Positions 26,101-41,100 of a stretch of 64,000 bases of DNA are shown piece by piece. The DNA is from Eledone cirrhosa (Eukaryota): positions 835,845 to 899,844 of the forward strand of contig CAXHJY010000105.1 in assembly GCA_964016885.1 (NCBI GenBank), read 5' to 3'. Position 1 is the first letter of the stretch. Each line of letters starts with the position of its first letter. The position numbers were made by a program, and so were the translations under genes. The notes under the pieces are model-generated. The model did not search any database, had not been told where the DNA came from, and saw only the letters and a list, made by a program, of their open reading frames with translations.

Positions 26101-29100
26101 AGCTGTAGAGTGTGGAATGGTAACTGTAGAGTGTGGAATGGTAGCTGTAGAGTGTGGAATGGTAGCTGTAGAGTGTGGAATGGTAGCTGTAGAGTGTGGA
26201 ATGGTAGCTGTAGAGTGTGGAATGGTAACTGTAGAGTGTGGAATGGTAGCTGTAGAGTGTGGAATGGTAGCTGTAGAGTGTGGAATGGTAGCTGTAGAGT
26301 GTGGAATGGTAGCTGTAGAGTGTGGAATGGTAACTGTAGAGTGTGGAATGGTAACTGTAGAGTGTGGAATGGTAACTGTAGAGTGTGGAATGGTAGCTGT
26401 AGAGTGTGGAATGGTAGCTGTAGAGTGTGGAATGGTAACTGTAGAGTGTGGAATGGTAACTGTAGAGTGTGGAATGGTAACTGTAGTGTGTGGAATGGTA
26501 ACTGTAGTGTGTGGAATGGTAACTGTAGTGTGTGGAATGGTAACTGTAGAGTGTGGAATGTTAACTTGTAGAGTGTGGAATGGTAACTTGTAGAGTGTGG
26601 AATGGTAACTGTAGAGTGTGGAATGGTAGCTGTAGAGTGTGGAATGGTAGCTGTAGAGTGTGGAATGGTAACTGTAGAGTGTGGAATGGTAGCTGTAGAG
26701 TGTGGAATGGTAGCTGTAGAGTGTGGAATGGTAACTAGAGTGTGGAATGGTAGCTGTAGATTGTAGAATGGTAGCTGTAGAGTGTGGAATGGTAGCTGTA
26801 GAGTGTGGAATGGTAACTGTAGAGTGTGGAATGGTAGGTGTAGAGTGTGGAATGGTAGCTGTAGAGTGTGGAATGGTAGCTGTAGAGTGTGGAATGGTAG
26901 CTGTAGAGTGTGGAATGGTAGCTGTAGAGTGTGGAATGGTAGCTGTAGAGTGTGGAATGGTAGCTGTGGAGTGTGGAATGGTAGCTGTAGTGTGTGTAAT
27001 GGTAGCTGTAGAGTGTGGAATGGTAGCTGTAGAGTGTGGAATGGTAGCTGTAGAGTGTGGAATGGTAACTGTAGAGTGTGGAATGGTAGCTGTAGAGTGT
27101 GGAATGGTAACTGTAGAGTGTGAAATGGTAGCTGTAGAGTGTGGAATGGTAGCTGTCAAGTGTGGAATGGTAGCTGTAGAGTGTAGAATGGTAACTGTAG
27201 AGTGTGGAATGGTAGCTGTAGAGTGTGGAATGGTAGCTGTAGAGTGTGGAATGGTAGCTGTAGAGTGTGGAATCGTATGTGTAGAGTGTGGAATGGTAGC
27301 TGTAGAGTGTGGAATGGTATGTGTAGAGTGTGGAATGGTATGTGTAGAGTGTGGAATGGTAACTGTAGAGTGTGGAATGGTAACTGTAGAGTGTGGAATG
27401 GTAGCTGTAGATTGTAGAATGGTAACTGTAGAGTGTGGAATGGTAGCTGTAGAGTGTGGAATGGTAACTGTAGAGTGTGGAATGGTAGCTGTAGAGTGTG
27501 GAATGGTAACTGTAGAGTGTGGAATGGTAGCTGTAGAGTGTGGAATGGTAGCTGTAGAGTGTGGAATGGTAGCTGTAGAGTGTGGAATGGTAGCTGTAGA
27601 GTGTGGAATGGTAACTGTAGAGTGTGGAATGGTAGCTGTAGAGTGTGGAATGGTAGCTGTAGAGTGTGGAATGGTAGCTGTAGAGTGTGGAATGGTAGCT
27701 GTAGAGTGTGGAATGGTAACTGTAGAGTGTGGAATGGTAGCTGTAGAGTGTGGAATGGTAGCTGTAGAGTGTGGAATGGTAACTGTAGAGTGTGGAATGG
27801 TAACTGTAGAGTGTGGAATGGTAACTGTAGAGTGTGGAATGGTAGCTGTAGAGTGTGGAATGGTAACTGTAGAGTGTGGAATGGTAGCTGTAGAGTGTGG
27901 AATGGTAGCTGTAGAGTGTGGAATGGTAGCTGTAGAGTGTGGAATGGTAGCTGTAGAGTGTGGAATGGTAACTGTAGAGTGTGGAATGGTAGCTGTAGAG
28001 TGTGGAATGGTAGCTGTAGAGTGTGGAATGGTAGCTGTAGAGTGTGGAATGGTAGCTGTAGAGTGTGGAATGGTAGCTGTAGAGTGTGGAATGGTAGCTG
28101 TAGAGTGTGGAATGGTAGCTGTAGAGTGTGGAATGGTAACTGTAGAGTGTGGAATGGTAGCTGTAGAGTGTGGAATGGTAGCTGTAGAGTGTGGAATGGT
28201 AGCTGTAGAGTGTGGAATGGTAACTGTAGAGTGTGGAATGGTAGCTGTAGAGTGTGGAATGGTAGCTGTAGAGTGTGGAATGGTAGCTGTAGAGTGTGGA
28301 ATGGTAGCTGTAGAGTGTGGAATGGTAACTGTAGAGTGTGGAATGGTAGCTGTAGAGTGTGGAATGGTAGCTGTAGAGTGTGGAATGGTAACTGTAGAGT
28401 GTGGAATGGTAACTGTAGAGTGTGGAATGGTAACTGTAGAGTGTGGAATGGTAGCTGTAGAGTGTGGAATGGTAACTGTAGAGTGTGGAATGGTAACTGT
28501 AGAGTGTGGAATGGTAGCTGTAGAGTGTGGAATGATAACTAGAGTGTGGAATGGTAGCTGTAGATTGTAGAATGGTAGCTGTAGAGTGTGGAATGGTAGC
28601 TGTAGAGTGTGGAATGGTAGCTGTAGAGTGTGGAATGGTAACTGTAGAGTGTGGAATGGTAGGTGTAGAGTGTGGAATGGTAGCTGTAGAGTGTGGAATG
28701 GTAGCTGTAGAGTGTGGAATGGTAGCTGTAGAGTGTGGAATGGTAGCTGTAGAGTGTGGAATGGTAGCTGTAGAGTGTGGAATGGTAATTGTAGAGTGTG
28801 GAATGGTAGCTGTAGAGTGTGGAATGGTAGCTGTAGAGTGTGGAATGGTAGCTGTAGAGTGTGGAATGGTAATTGTAGAGTGTGGAATGGTAGCTGTAGA
28901 GTGTGGAATGGTAGCTGTAGAGTGTGGAATGGTAATTGTAGAGTGTGGAATGGTAGCTGTAGAGTGTGGAATGGTAGCTGTAGAGTGTGGAATGGTAACT
29001 GTAGAGTGTGGAATGGTAACTGTAGAGTGTGGAATGGTAACTGTAGAGTGTGGAATGGTAGGTGTAGAGTGTGGAATGGTAGCTGTAGAGTGTGGAATGG

Positions 29101-32100
29101 TAACTGTAGAGTGTGGAATGGTAGCTGTAGAGTGTGGAATGGTAGGTGTAGAGTGTGGAATGGTAACTGTAGAGTGTGGAATGGTAACTGTAGAGTGTGG
29201 AATGGTAACTGTAGAGTATGGAATGGTAACTGTAGAGTGTGGAATGGTAACTGTAGAGTATGGAATGGTAACTGTAGAGTATGGAATGGTAACTGTAGAG
29301 TGTGGAATGGTAGCTGTAGAGTGTGGAATGGTAGCTGTAGAGTGTGGAATGGTAACTGTAGAGTATGGAATGGTAACTGTAGAGTATGGAATGGTAACTG
29401 TAGAGTGTGGAATGGTAGCTGTAGAGTGTGGAATGGTAACTGTAGAGTGTGGAATGGTAACTGTAGAGTGTGGAATGGTAACTGTAGAGTGTGGAATGGT
29501 AGCTGTAGAGTGTGGAATGGTAGGTGTAGAGTGTGGAATGGTAGCTGTAGAGTGTGGAATGGTAACTGTAGAGTGTGGAATGGTAACTGTAGAGTGTGGA
29601 ATGGTAGCTGTAGAGTGTGGAATGGTAGGTGTAGAGTGTGGAATGGTAGCTGTAGAGTGTGGAATGGTAACTGTAGAGTGTGGAATGGTAGCTGTAGAGT
29701 GTGGAATGGTAGCTGTAGAGTGTGGAATGGTAACTGTAGAGTGTGGAATGGTAACTGTAGAGTGTGGAATGGTAACTGTAGAGTGTGGAATGGTAGCTGT
29801 AGAGTGTGGAATGGTAACTGTAGAGTGTGGAATGGTAACTGTAGAGTGTGGAATGGTAACTGTAGAGTGTGGAATGGTAGCTGTAGAGTGTGGAATGGTA
29901 GCTGTAGAGTGTGGAATGGTAACTGTAGAGTGTGGAATGGTAACTGTAGAGTGTGGAATGGTAGCTGTAGAGTGTGGAATGGTAGCTGTAGAGTGTGGAA
30001 TGGTAACTGTAGAGTGTGGAATGGTAACTGTAGAGTGTGGAATGGTAGCTGTAGAGTGTGGAATGGTAGCTGTAGAGTGTGGAATGGTAGCTGTAGAGTG
30101 TGGAATGGTAACTGTAGAGTGTGGAATGGTAGGTGTAGAGTGTGGAATGGTAGCTGTAGAGTGTGGAATGGTAGCTGTAGAGTGTGGAATGGTAACTGTA
30201 GAGTGTGGAATGGTAACTGTAGAGTGTGGAATGGTAGCTGTAGAGTGTGGAATGGTAACTGTAGAGTGTGGAATGGTAGCTGTAGAGTGTGGAATGGTAA
30301 CTGTAGAGTGTGGAATGGTAGGTGTAGAGTGTGGAATGGTAGCTGTAGAGTGTGGAATGGTAGCTGTAGAGTGTGGAATGGTAACTGTAGAGTGTGGAAT
30401 GGTAGGTGTAGAGTGTGGAATGGTAGCTGTAGAGTGTGGAATGGTAGCTGTAGAGTGTGGAATGGTAACTGTAGAGTGTGGAATGGTAGCTGTAGAGTGT
30501 GGAATGGTAACTGTAGAGTGTGGAATGGTAGCTGTAGAGTGTGGAATGGTAGCTGTAGAGTGTGGAATGGTAGCTGTAGAGTGTGGAATGGTAGCTGTAG
30601 AGTGTGGAATGGTAACTGTAGAGTGTGGAATGGTAGCTGTAGAGTGTGGAATGGTAACTGTAGAGTGTGGAATGGTAGGTGTAGAGTGTGGAATGGTAGG
30701 TGTAGAGTGTGGAATGGTAGCTGTAGAGTGTGGAATGGTAACTGTAGAGTGTGGAATGGTAGCTGTAGAGTGTGGAATGGTAACTGTAGAGTGTGGAATG
30801 GTAACTGTAGAGTGTGGAATGGCAGCTGTAGAGTGTGAAATGGTAGCTGTAGTGTGTGGAATGGTATGTGTAGAGTGTGGAATGGTAACTGTAGAGTGTG
30901 GAATGGTAACTGTAGAGTGTGGAATGGTAGCTGTAGAGTGTGGAATGGTAGCTGTAGAGTGAGGAATGGTAGCTGTAGAGTGAGGAATGGTAGCTGTAGA
31001 GTGTGGAATGGTAACTGTAGAGTGTGGAATGGTAACTGTAGAGTGAGGAATGGTAGCTGTAGAGTGTGGAATGGTAGCTGTAGAGTGAGGAATGGTAGCT
31101 GTAGAGTGAGGAATGGTAGCTGTAGAGTGTGGAATGGTAACTGTAGAGTGTGGAATGGTAGCTGTAGAGTGTGGAATGGTAACTGTAGAGTGTGGAATGG
31201 TAGCTGTAGAGTGAGGAATGGTAGCTGTAGAGTGTGGAATGGTAACTGTAGAGTGTGGAATGGTAGCTGTAGAGTGAGGAATGGTAGCTGTAGAGTGTGG
31301 AATGGTAGGTGTAGAGTGTGGAATGGTAGCTGTAGAGTGTGGAATGGTAACTGTAGAGTGTGGAATGGTAACTGTAGAGTGTGGAATGGTAGCTGTAGAG
31401 TGTGGAATGGTAGGTGTAGAGTGTGGAATGGTAGCTGTAGAGTGTGGAATGGTAACTGTAGAGTGTGGAATGGTAACTGTAGAGTGTGGAATGGTAGCTG
31501 TAGAGTGTGGAATGGTAGGTGTAGAGTGTGGAATGGTAGCTGTAGAGTGTGGAATGGTAACTGTAGAGTGTGGAATGGTAGCTGTAGAGTGTGGAATGGT
31601 AGCTGTAGAGTGTGGAATGGTAACTGTAGAGTGTGGAATGGTAGCTGTAGATTGTAGAATGGTAGCTGTAGAGTGTGGAATGGTAACTAGAGTGTGGAAT
31701 GGTAACTGTAGAGTGTGGAATGGTAGCTGTAGAGTGTGGAATGGTAAAAGTAGAGTGTGGAATGGTAACTGTAGAGTGTGGAATGGTAGCTGTAGATTGT
31801 AGAATGGTAGCTGTAGAGTGTGGAATGGTAACTAGAGTGTGGAATGGTAACTGTAGAGTGTGGAATGGTAGCTGTAGAGTGTGGAATGGTAGCTGTAGAG
31901 TGTGGAATGGTAACTGTAGAGTGTGGAATGGTAGGTGTAGAGTGTGGAATGGTAGCTGTAGAGTGTGGAATGGTAGCTGTAGAGTGTGGAATGGTAACTG
32001 TGGAGTGTGGAATGGTAGCTGTAGAGTGTGGAATGGTAGCTGTAGAGTGTGGAATGGTAGCTGTAGAGTGTGGAATGGTAGCTGTAGAGTGTGGAATGGT

Positions 32101-35100
32101 AACTGTAGAGTGTGGAATGGTAGCTGTAGAGTGTGGAATGGTAACTGTAGTGTGGAATGGCAGCTGTAGAGTGTGGAATGGTAACTGTAGAGTGTGAAAT
32201 GGTAGCTGTAGAGTGTGGAATGGTAGCTGTCAAGTGTGGAATGGTAGCTGTAGAGTGTAGAATGGTAACTGTAGAGTGTGGAATGGTAGCTGTAGAGTGT
32301 GGAATGGTAGCTGTAGAGTGTGGAATGGTAGCTGTAGAGTGTGGGATCGTATGTGTAGAGTGTGGAATGGTAGCTGTAGAGTGTGGAATGGTATGTGTAG
32401 AGTGTGGAATGGTAACTGTAGAGTGTGGAATGGTAACTGTAGAGTGTGGAATGGTAGCTGTAGATTGTAGAATGGTAACTGTAGAGTGTGGAATGGTAGC
32501 TGTAGAGTGTGGAATGGTAACTGTAGAGTGTGGAATGGTAACTGTAGAGTGTGGAATGGTAACTGTAGAGTGTGGAATGGTAGCTGTAGAGTGTGGAATG
32601 GTAGCTGTAGAGTGTGGAATGGTAGCTGTAGAGTGTGGAATGGTAACTGTAGAGTGTGGAATGGTAACTGTAGAGTGTGGAATGGTAGCTGTAGAGTGTG
32701 GAATGGTAGCTGTAGAGTGTGGAATGGTAGCTGTAGAGTGTGGAATGGTAACTGTAGAGTGTGGAATGGTAGCTGTAGAGTGTGGAATGGTAGCTGTAGA
32801 GTGTGGAATGGTAGCTGTAGAGTGTGGAATGGTAGCTGTAGAGTGTGGAATGGTAACTGTAGAGTGTGGAATGGTAGCTGTAGAGTGTGGAATGGTAGCT
32901 GTAGAGTGTGGAATGGTAGCTGTAGAGTGTGGAATGGTAGCTGTAGAGTGTGGAATGGTAACTGTAGAGTGTGGAATGGTAACTGTAGAGTGTGGAATGG
33001 TAACTGTAGAGTGTGGAATGGTAGCTGTAGAGTGTGGAATGGTAGCTGTAGAGTGTGGAATGGTAACTGTAGAGTGTGGAATGGTAACTGTAGAGTGTGG
33101 AATGGTAACTGTAGTGTGTGGAATGGTAACTGTAGTGTGTGGAATGGTAACTGTAGTGTGTGGAATGGTAACTGTAGAGTGTGGAATGTTAACTTGTAGA
33201 GTGTGGAATGGTAACTTGTAGAGTGTGGAATGGTAACTGTAGAGTGTGGAATGGTAGCTGTAGAGTGTGGAATGGTAGCTGTAGAGTGTGGAATGGTAAC
33301 TGTAGAGTGTGGAATGGTAGCTGTAGAGTGTGGAATGGTAGCTGTAGAGTGTGGAATGGTAACTAGAGTGTGGAATGGTAGCTGTAGATTGTAGAATGGT
33401 AGCTGTAGAGTGTGGAATGGTAGCTGTAGAGTGTGGAATGGTAACTGTAGAGTGTGGAATGGTAGGTGTAGAGTGTGGAATGGTAGCTGTAGAGTGTGGA
33501 ATGGTAGCTGTAGAGTGTGGAATGGTAGCTGTAGAGTGTGGAATGGTAGCTGTAGAGTGTGGAATGGTAGCTGTAGAGTGTGGAATGGTAGCTGTGGAGT
33601 GTGGAATGGTAGCTGTAGTGTGTGTAATGGTAGCTGTAGAGTGTGGAATGGTAGCTGTAGAGTGTGGAATGGTAGCTGTAGAGTGTGGAATGGTAACTGT
33701 AGAGTGTGGAATGGTAGCTGTAGAGTGTGGAATGGTAACTGTAGAGTGTGAAATGGTAGCTGTAGAGTGTGGAATGGTAGCTGTCAAGTGTGGAATGGTA
33801 GCTGTAGAGTGTAGAATGGTAACTGTAGAGTGTGGAATGGTAGCTGTAGAGTGTGGAATGGTAGCTGTAGAGTGTGGAATGGTAGCTGTAGAGTGTGGAA
33901 TCGTATGTGTAGAGTGTGGAATGGTAGCTGTAGAGTGTGGAATGGTATGTGTAGAGTGTGGAATGGTATGTGTAGAGTGTGGAATGGTAACTGTAGAGTG
34001 TGGAATGGTAACTGTAGAGTGTGGAATGGTAGCTGTAGATTGTAGAATGGTAACTGTAGAGTGTGGAATGGTAGCTGTAGAGTGTGGAATGGTAACTGTA
34101 GAGTGTGGAATGGTAGCTGTAGAGTGTGGAATGGTAACTGTAGAGTGTGGAATGGTAGCTGTAGAGTGTGGAATGGTAGCTGTAGAGTGTGGAATGGTAG
34201 CTGTAGAGTGTGGAATGGTAGCTGTAGAGTGTGGAATGGTAACTGTAGAGTGTGGAATGGTAGCTGTAGAGTGTGGAATGGTAGCTGTAGAGTGTGGAAT
34301 GGTAGCTGTAGAGTGTGGAATGGTAGCTGTAGAGTGTGGAATGGTAACTGTAGAGTGTGGAATGGTAGCTGTAGAGTGTGGAATGGTAGCTGTAGAGTGT
34401 GGAATGGTAACTGTAGAGTGTGGAATGGTAACTGTAGAGTGTGGAATGGTAACTGTAGAGTGTGGAATGGTAGCTGTAGAGTGTGGAATGGTAACTGTAG
34501 AGTGTGGAATGGTAGCTGTAGAGTGTGGAATGGTAGCTGTAGAGTGTGGAATGGTAGCTGTAGAGTGTGGAATGGTAGCTGTAGAGTGTGGAATGGTAAC
34601 TGTAGAGTGTGGAATGGTAGCTGTAGAGTGTGGAATGGTAGCTGTAGAGTGTGGAATGGTAGCTGTAGAGTGTGGAATGGTAGCTGTAGAGTGTGGAATG
34701 GTAGCTGTAGAGTGTGGAATGGTAGCTGTAGAGTGTGGAATGGTAGCTGTAGAGTGTGGAATGGTAACTGTAGAGTGTGGAATGGTAGCTGTAGAGTGTG
34801 GAATGGTAGCTGTAGAGTGTGGAATGGTAGCTGTAGAGTGTGGAATGGTAGCTGTAGAGTGTGGAATGGTAACTGTAGAGTGTGGAATGGTAGCTGTAGA
34901 GTGTGGAATGGTAGCTGTAGAGTGTGGAATGGTAGCTGTAGAGTGTGGAATGGTAGCTGTAGAGTGTGGAATGGTAACTGTAGAGTGTGGAATGGTAGCT
35001 GTAGAGTGTGGAATGGTAGCTGTAGAGTGTGGAATGGTAACTGTAGAGTGTGGAATGGTAACTGTAGAGTGTGGAATGGTAACTGTAGAGTGTGGAATGG

Positions 35101-38100
35101 TAGCTGTAGAGTGTGGAATGGTAACTGTAGAGTGTGGAATGGTAGCTGTAGAGTGTGGAATGGTAGCTGTAGAGTGTGGAATGGTAGCTGTAGAGTGTGG
35201 AATGGTAGCTGTAGAGTGTGGAATGGTAACTGTAGAGTGTGGAATGGTAGCTGTAGAGTGTGGAATGGTAACTGTAGAGTGTGGAATGGTAGCTGTAGAG
35301 TGTGGAATGGTAGCTGTAGAGTGTGGAATGGTAGCTGTAGAGTGTGGAATGGTAGCTGTAGAGTGTGGAATGGTAACTGTAGAGTGTGGAATGGTAGCTG
35401 TAGAGTGTGGAATGGTAGCTGTAGAGTGTGGAATGGTAACTGTAGAGTGTGGAATGGTAACTGTAGAGTGTGGAATGGTAACTGTAGAGTGTGGAATGGT
35501 AGCTGTAGAGTGTGGAATGGTAACTGTAGAGTGTGGAATGGTAGCTGTAGAGTGTGGAATGGTAGCTGTAGAGTGTGGAATGGTAGCTGTAGAGTGTGGA
35601 ATGGTAGCTGTAGAGTGTGGAATGGTAACTGTAGAGTGTGGAATGGTAGCTGTAGAGTGTGGAATGGTAACTGTAGAGTGTGGAATGGTAGCTGTAGAGT
35701 GTGGAATGGTAGCTGTAGAGTGTGGAATGGTAGCTGTAGAGTGTGGAATGGTAGCTGTAGAGTGTGGAATGGTAACTGTAGAGTGTGGAATGGTAGCTGT
35801 AGAGTGTGGAATGGTAGCTGTAGAGTGTGGAATGGTAACTGTAGAGTGTGGAATGGTAACTGTAGAGTGTGGAATGGTAACTGTAGAGTGTGGAATGGTA
35901 GCTGTAGAGTGTGGAATGGTAACTGTAGAGTGTGGAATGGTAGCTGTAGAGTGTGGAATGGTAGCTGTAGAGTGTGGAATGGTAGCTGTAGAGTGTGGAA
36001 TGGTAGCTGTAGAGTGTGGAATGGTAACTGTAGAGTGTGGAATGGTAGCTGTAGAGTGTGGAATGGTAGCTGTAGAGTGTGGAATGGTAGCTGTAGAGTG
36101 TGGAATGGTAGCTGTAGAGTGTGGAATGGTAGCTGTAGAGTGTGGAATGGTAGCTGTAGAGTGTGGAATGGTAGCTGTAGAGTGTGGAATGGTAGCTGTA
36201 GAGTGTGGAATGGTAGCTGAAAAGTGTGGAATGGTAACTGTAGTGTGGAATGGCAGCTGTAGAGTGTGGAATGGTAACTGTAGAGTGTGAAATGGTAGCT
36301 GTAGAGTGTGGAATGGTAGCTGTCAAGTGTGGAATGGTAGCTGTAGAGTGTGGAATGGTAGCTGTAGAGTGTAGAATGGTAACTGTAGAGTGTGGAATGG
36401 TAGCTGTAGAGTGTGGAATGGTAGCTGTAAAGTGTGGAATGGTAGCTGTAGAGTGTGGAATGGTAGCTGTAGAGTGTGGAATGGTAGCTGTAGAGTGTGG
36501 AATGGTAGCTGTAGAGTGTGGAATGGTAGCTGTAGAGTGTGGAATGGTAGCTGTAGAGTGTGGAATCGTATGTGTAGAGTGTGGAATGGTAGCTGTAGAG
36601 TGTGGAATGGTAGCTGTAGAGTGTGGAATGGTAACTGTAGTGTGGAATGGCAGCTGTAGTGTGTGGAATGGTAGCTGTAGAGTGTGGAATGGTAACTGTA
36701 GAGTGTGGAATGGTAACTGTAGAGTGTGGAATGGTAGCTGTAGAGTGTGGAATGGTAGCTGTAGAGTGTGGAATGGTAACTGTAGAGTGTGGAATGGTAG
36801 CTGTAGAGTGTGGAATGGTAGCTGTAGAGTGTGGAATCGTATGTGTAGAGTGTGGAATGGTAGCTGTAGAGTGTGGAATGGTAGCTGTAGAGTGTGGAAT
36901 GGTAGCTGTAGAGTGTGGAATGGTAGCTGTAGAGTGTGGAATGGTAACTGTAGAGTGTGGAATGGTAACTGTAGAGTGTGGAATGGTAACTGTAGAGTGT
37001 GGAATGGTAGCTGTAGAGTGTGGAATGGTAGCTGTAGAGTGTGGAATGGTAACTGTAGAGTGTGGAATGGTAACTGTAGAGTGTGGAATGGTAACTGTAG
37101 TGTGTGGAATGGTAACTGTAGTGTGTGGAATGGTAACTGTAGTGTGTGGAATGGTAACTGTAGAGTGTGGAATGTTAACTTGTAGAGTGTGGAATGGTAA
37201 CTTGTAGAGTGTGGAATGGTAACTGTAGAGTGTGGAATGGTAGCTGTAGAGTGTGGAATGGTAGCTGTAGAGTGTGGAATGGTAACTGTAGAGTGTGGAA
37301 TGGTAGCTGTAGAGTGTGGAATGGTAACTAGAGTGTGGAATGGTAGCTGTAGATTGTAGAATGGTAGCTGTAGAGTGTGGAATGGTAGCTGTAGAGTGTG
37401 GAATGGTAACTGTAGAGTGTGGAATGGTAGGTGTAGAGTGTGGAATGGTAGCTGTAGAGTGTGGAATGGTAGCTGTAGAGTGTGGAATGGTAGCTGTAGA
37501 GTGTGGAATGGTAGCTGTAGAGTGTGGAATGGTAGCTGTAGAGTGTGGAATGGTAGCTGTGGAGTGTGGAATGGTAGCTGTAGTGTGTGTAATGGTAGCT
37601 GTAGAGTGTGGAATGGTAGCTGTAGAGTGTGGAATGGTAGCTGTAGAGTGTGGAATGGTAACTGTAGAGTGTGGAATGGTAGCTGTAGAGTGTGGAATGG
37701 TAACTGTAGAGTGTGAAATGGTAGCTGTAGAGTGTGGAATGGTAGCTGTCAAGTGTGGAATGGTAGCTGTAGAGTGTAGAATGGTAACTGTAGAGTGTGG
37801 AATGGTAGCTGTAGAGTGTGGAATGGTAGCTGTAGAGTGTGGAATGGTAGCTGTAGAGTGTGGAATGGTAACTGTAGAGTGTGGAATCGTATGTGTAGAG
37901 TGTGGAATGGTAGCTGTAGAGTGTGGAATGGTATGTGTAGAGTGTGGAATGGTATGTGTAGAGTGTGGAATGGTAACTGTAGAGTGTGGAATGGTAACTG
38001 TAGAGTGTGGAATGGTAGCTGTAGATTGTAGAATGGTAACTGTAGAGTGTGGAATGGTAGCTGTAGAGTGTGGAATGGTAACTGTAGAGTGTGGAATGGT

Positions 38101-41100
38101 AGCTGTAGAGTGTGGAATGGTAGCTGTAGAGTGTGGAATGGTAGCTGTAGAGTGTGGAATGGTAGCTGTAGAGTGTGGAATGGTAGCTGTAGAGTGTGGA
38201 ATGGTAGCTGTAGAGTGTGGAATGGTAGCTGTAGAGTGTGGAATGGTAACTGTAGAGTGTGGAATGGTAACTGTAGAGTGTGGAATGGTAGCTGTAGAGT
38301 GTGGAATGGTAACTGTAGAGTGTGGAATGGTAGCTGTAGAGTGTGGAATGGTAACTGTAGAGTGTGGAATGGTAGCTGTAGAGTGTGGAATGGTAGCTGT
38401 AGAGTGTGGAATGGTAGCTGTAGAGTGTGGAATGGTAGCTGTAGAGTGTGGAATGGTAACTGTAGAGTGTGGAATGGTAGCTGTAGAGTGTGGAATGGTA
38501 GCTGTAGAGTGTGGAATGGTAGCTGTAGAGTGTGGAATGGTAGCTGTAGAGTGTGGAATGGTAACTGTAGAGTGTGGAATGGTAGCTGTAGAGTGTGGAA
38601 TGGTAGCTGTAGAGTGTGGAATGGTAACTGTAGAGTGTGGAATGGTAACTGTAGAGTGTGGAATGGTAACTGTAGAGTGTGGAATGGTAGCTGTAGAGTG
38701 TGGAATGGTAACTGTAGAGTGTGGAATGGTAGCTGTAGAGTGTGGAATGGTAGCTGTAGAGTGTGGAATGGTAGCTGTAGAGTGTGGAATGGTAGCTGTA
38801 GAGTGTGGAATGGTAACTGTAGAGTGTGGAATGGTAGCTGTAGAGTGTGGAATGGTAGCTGTAGAGTGTGGAATGGTAGCTGTAGAGTGTGGAATGGTAG
38901 CTGTAGAGTGTGGAATGGTAGCTGTAGAGTGTGGAATGGTAGCTGTAGAGTGTGGAATGGTAGCTGTAGAGTGTGGAATGGTAGCTGTAGAGTGTGGAAT
39001 GGTAGCTGAAGAGTGTGGAATGGTAACTGTAGTGTGGAATGGCAGCTGTAGAGTGTGGAATGGTAACTGTAGAGTGTGAAATGGTAGCTGTAGAGTGTGG
39101 AATGGTAGCTGTCAAGTGTGGAATGGTAGCTGTAGAGTGTGGAATGGTAGCTGTAGAGTGTGGAATGGTAGCTGTAGAGTGTGGAATGGTAGCTGTAGAG
39201 TGTGGAATGGTAACTGTAGAGTGTGGAATGGTAGCTGTAGAGTGTGGAATGGTAACTGTAGAGTGTGGAATGGTAACTGTAGAGTGTGGAATGGTAGCTG
39301 TAGAGTGTGGAATGGTAGCTGTAGAGTGTGGAATGGTAGCTGTAGAGTGTGGAATGGTAACTGTAGAGTGTGGAATGGTAGCTGTAGAGTGTGGAATGGT
39401 AGCTGTAGAGTGTGGAATGGTAGCTGTAGAGTGTGGAATGGTAACTGTAGAGTGTGGAATGGTAGCTGTAGAGGGTGGAATGGTAACTGTAGAGTGTGGA
39501 ATGGTAACTGTAGAGTGTGGAATGGTAACTGTAGTGTGTGGAATGGTAACTGTAGTGTGGAATGGCAGCTGTAGTGTGTGGAATGGTAGCTGTAGAGTGT
39601 GGAATGGTAACTGTAGAGTGTGGAATGGTAGCTGTAGAGTGTGGAATGGTAGCTGTAGAGTGTGGAATGGTAGCTGTAGAGTGTGGAATGGTAACTGTAG
39701 AGTGTGGAATGGTAGCTGTAGAGGGTGGAATGGTAACTGTAGAGTGTGGAATGGTAACTGTAGAGTGTGGAATGGTAACTGTAGTGTGTGGAATGGTAAC
39801 TGTAGAGTGTGGAATGGCAGCTGTAGTGTGTGGAATGGTAGCTGTAGAGTGTGGAATGGTAGCTGTAGAGTGTGGAATGGTAACTGTAGAGTGTGGAATG
39901 GTAGCTGTAGAGTGTGGAATGGTAGCTGTAGAGTGTGGAATGGTAGCTGTAGAGTGTGGAATGGTAGCTGTAGAGTGTGGAATGGTAGCTGTAGAGTGTG
40001 GAATGGTAGCTGTAGAGTGTGGAATGGTAGCTGTAGAGTGTGGAATGGTAGCTGTAGAGTGTGGAATGGTAACTGTAGAGTGTGGAATGGTAGCTGTAGA
40101 GTGTGGAATGGTAACTGTAGAGTGTGGAATGGTAACTGTAGAGTGTGGAATGGTAGCTGTAGAGTGTGGAATGGTAGCTGTAGAGTGTGGAATGGTAGCT
40201 GTAGAGTGTGGAATGGTAACTGTAGAGTGTGGAATGGTAACTGTAGAGTGTGGAATGGTAGCTGTAGAGTGTGGAATGGTAGCTGTAGAGTGTGGAATGG
40301 TAGCTGTAGAGTGTGGAATGGTAGCTGTAGAGTGTGGAATGGTAACTGTAGAGTGTGGAATGGTAACTGTAGAGTGTGGAATGGTAGCTGTAGAGTGTGG
40401 AATGGTATGTGTAGAGTGTGGAATGGTAACTGTAGAGTGTGGAATGGTAGCTGTAGTGTGTGGAATGGTAGCTGTAGTGTGTAGAATGGTAACTGTAGTG
40501 TGGAATGGCAGCTGTAGTGTGTGGAATGGTAGCTGTAGAGTGTGGAATGGTAACTGTAGTGTGGAATGGCAGCTGTAGTGTGTGGAATGGTAGCTGTAGA
40601 GTGTGGAATGGTAGCTGTAGAGTGTGTAATGGTAACTGTAGAGTGTGGAATGGTAGCTGTAGAGTGTGGAATGGTAGCTGTAGAGTGTGGAATGGTAGCT
40701 GTAGAGTGTGGAATGGTAGCTGTAGAGTGTGGAATGGTAACTGTAGAGTGTGGAATGGTAGCTGTAGAGTGTGGAATGGTAGCTGTAGAGTGTGGAATGG
40801 TAACTGTAGAGTGTGGAATGGTAGCTGTAGAGTGTGGAATGGTAACTGTAGAGTGTGGAATGGTAGCTGTAGAGTGTGGAATGGTAGCTGTAGAGTGTGG
40901 AATGGTAGCTGTAGAGTGTGGAATGGTAACTGTAGAGTGTGGAATGGTAACTGTAGAGTGTGGAATGGTAGCTGTAGAGTGTGGAATGGTAGCTGTAGAG
41001 TGTGGAATGGTAACTGTAGAGTGTGGAATGGTAGCTGTAGAGTGTGGAATGGTAGCTGTAGAGTGTGGAATGGTAGCTGTAGAGTGTGGAATGGTAACTG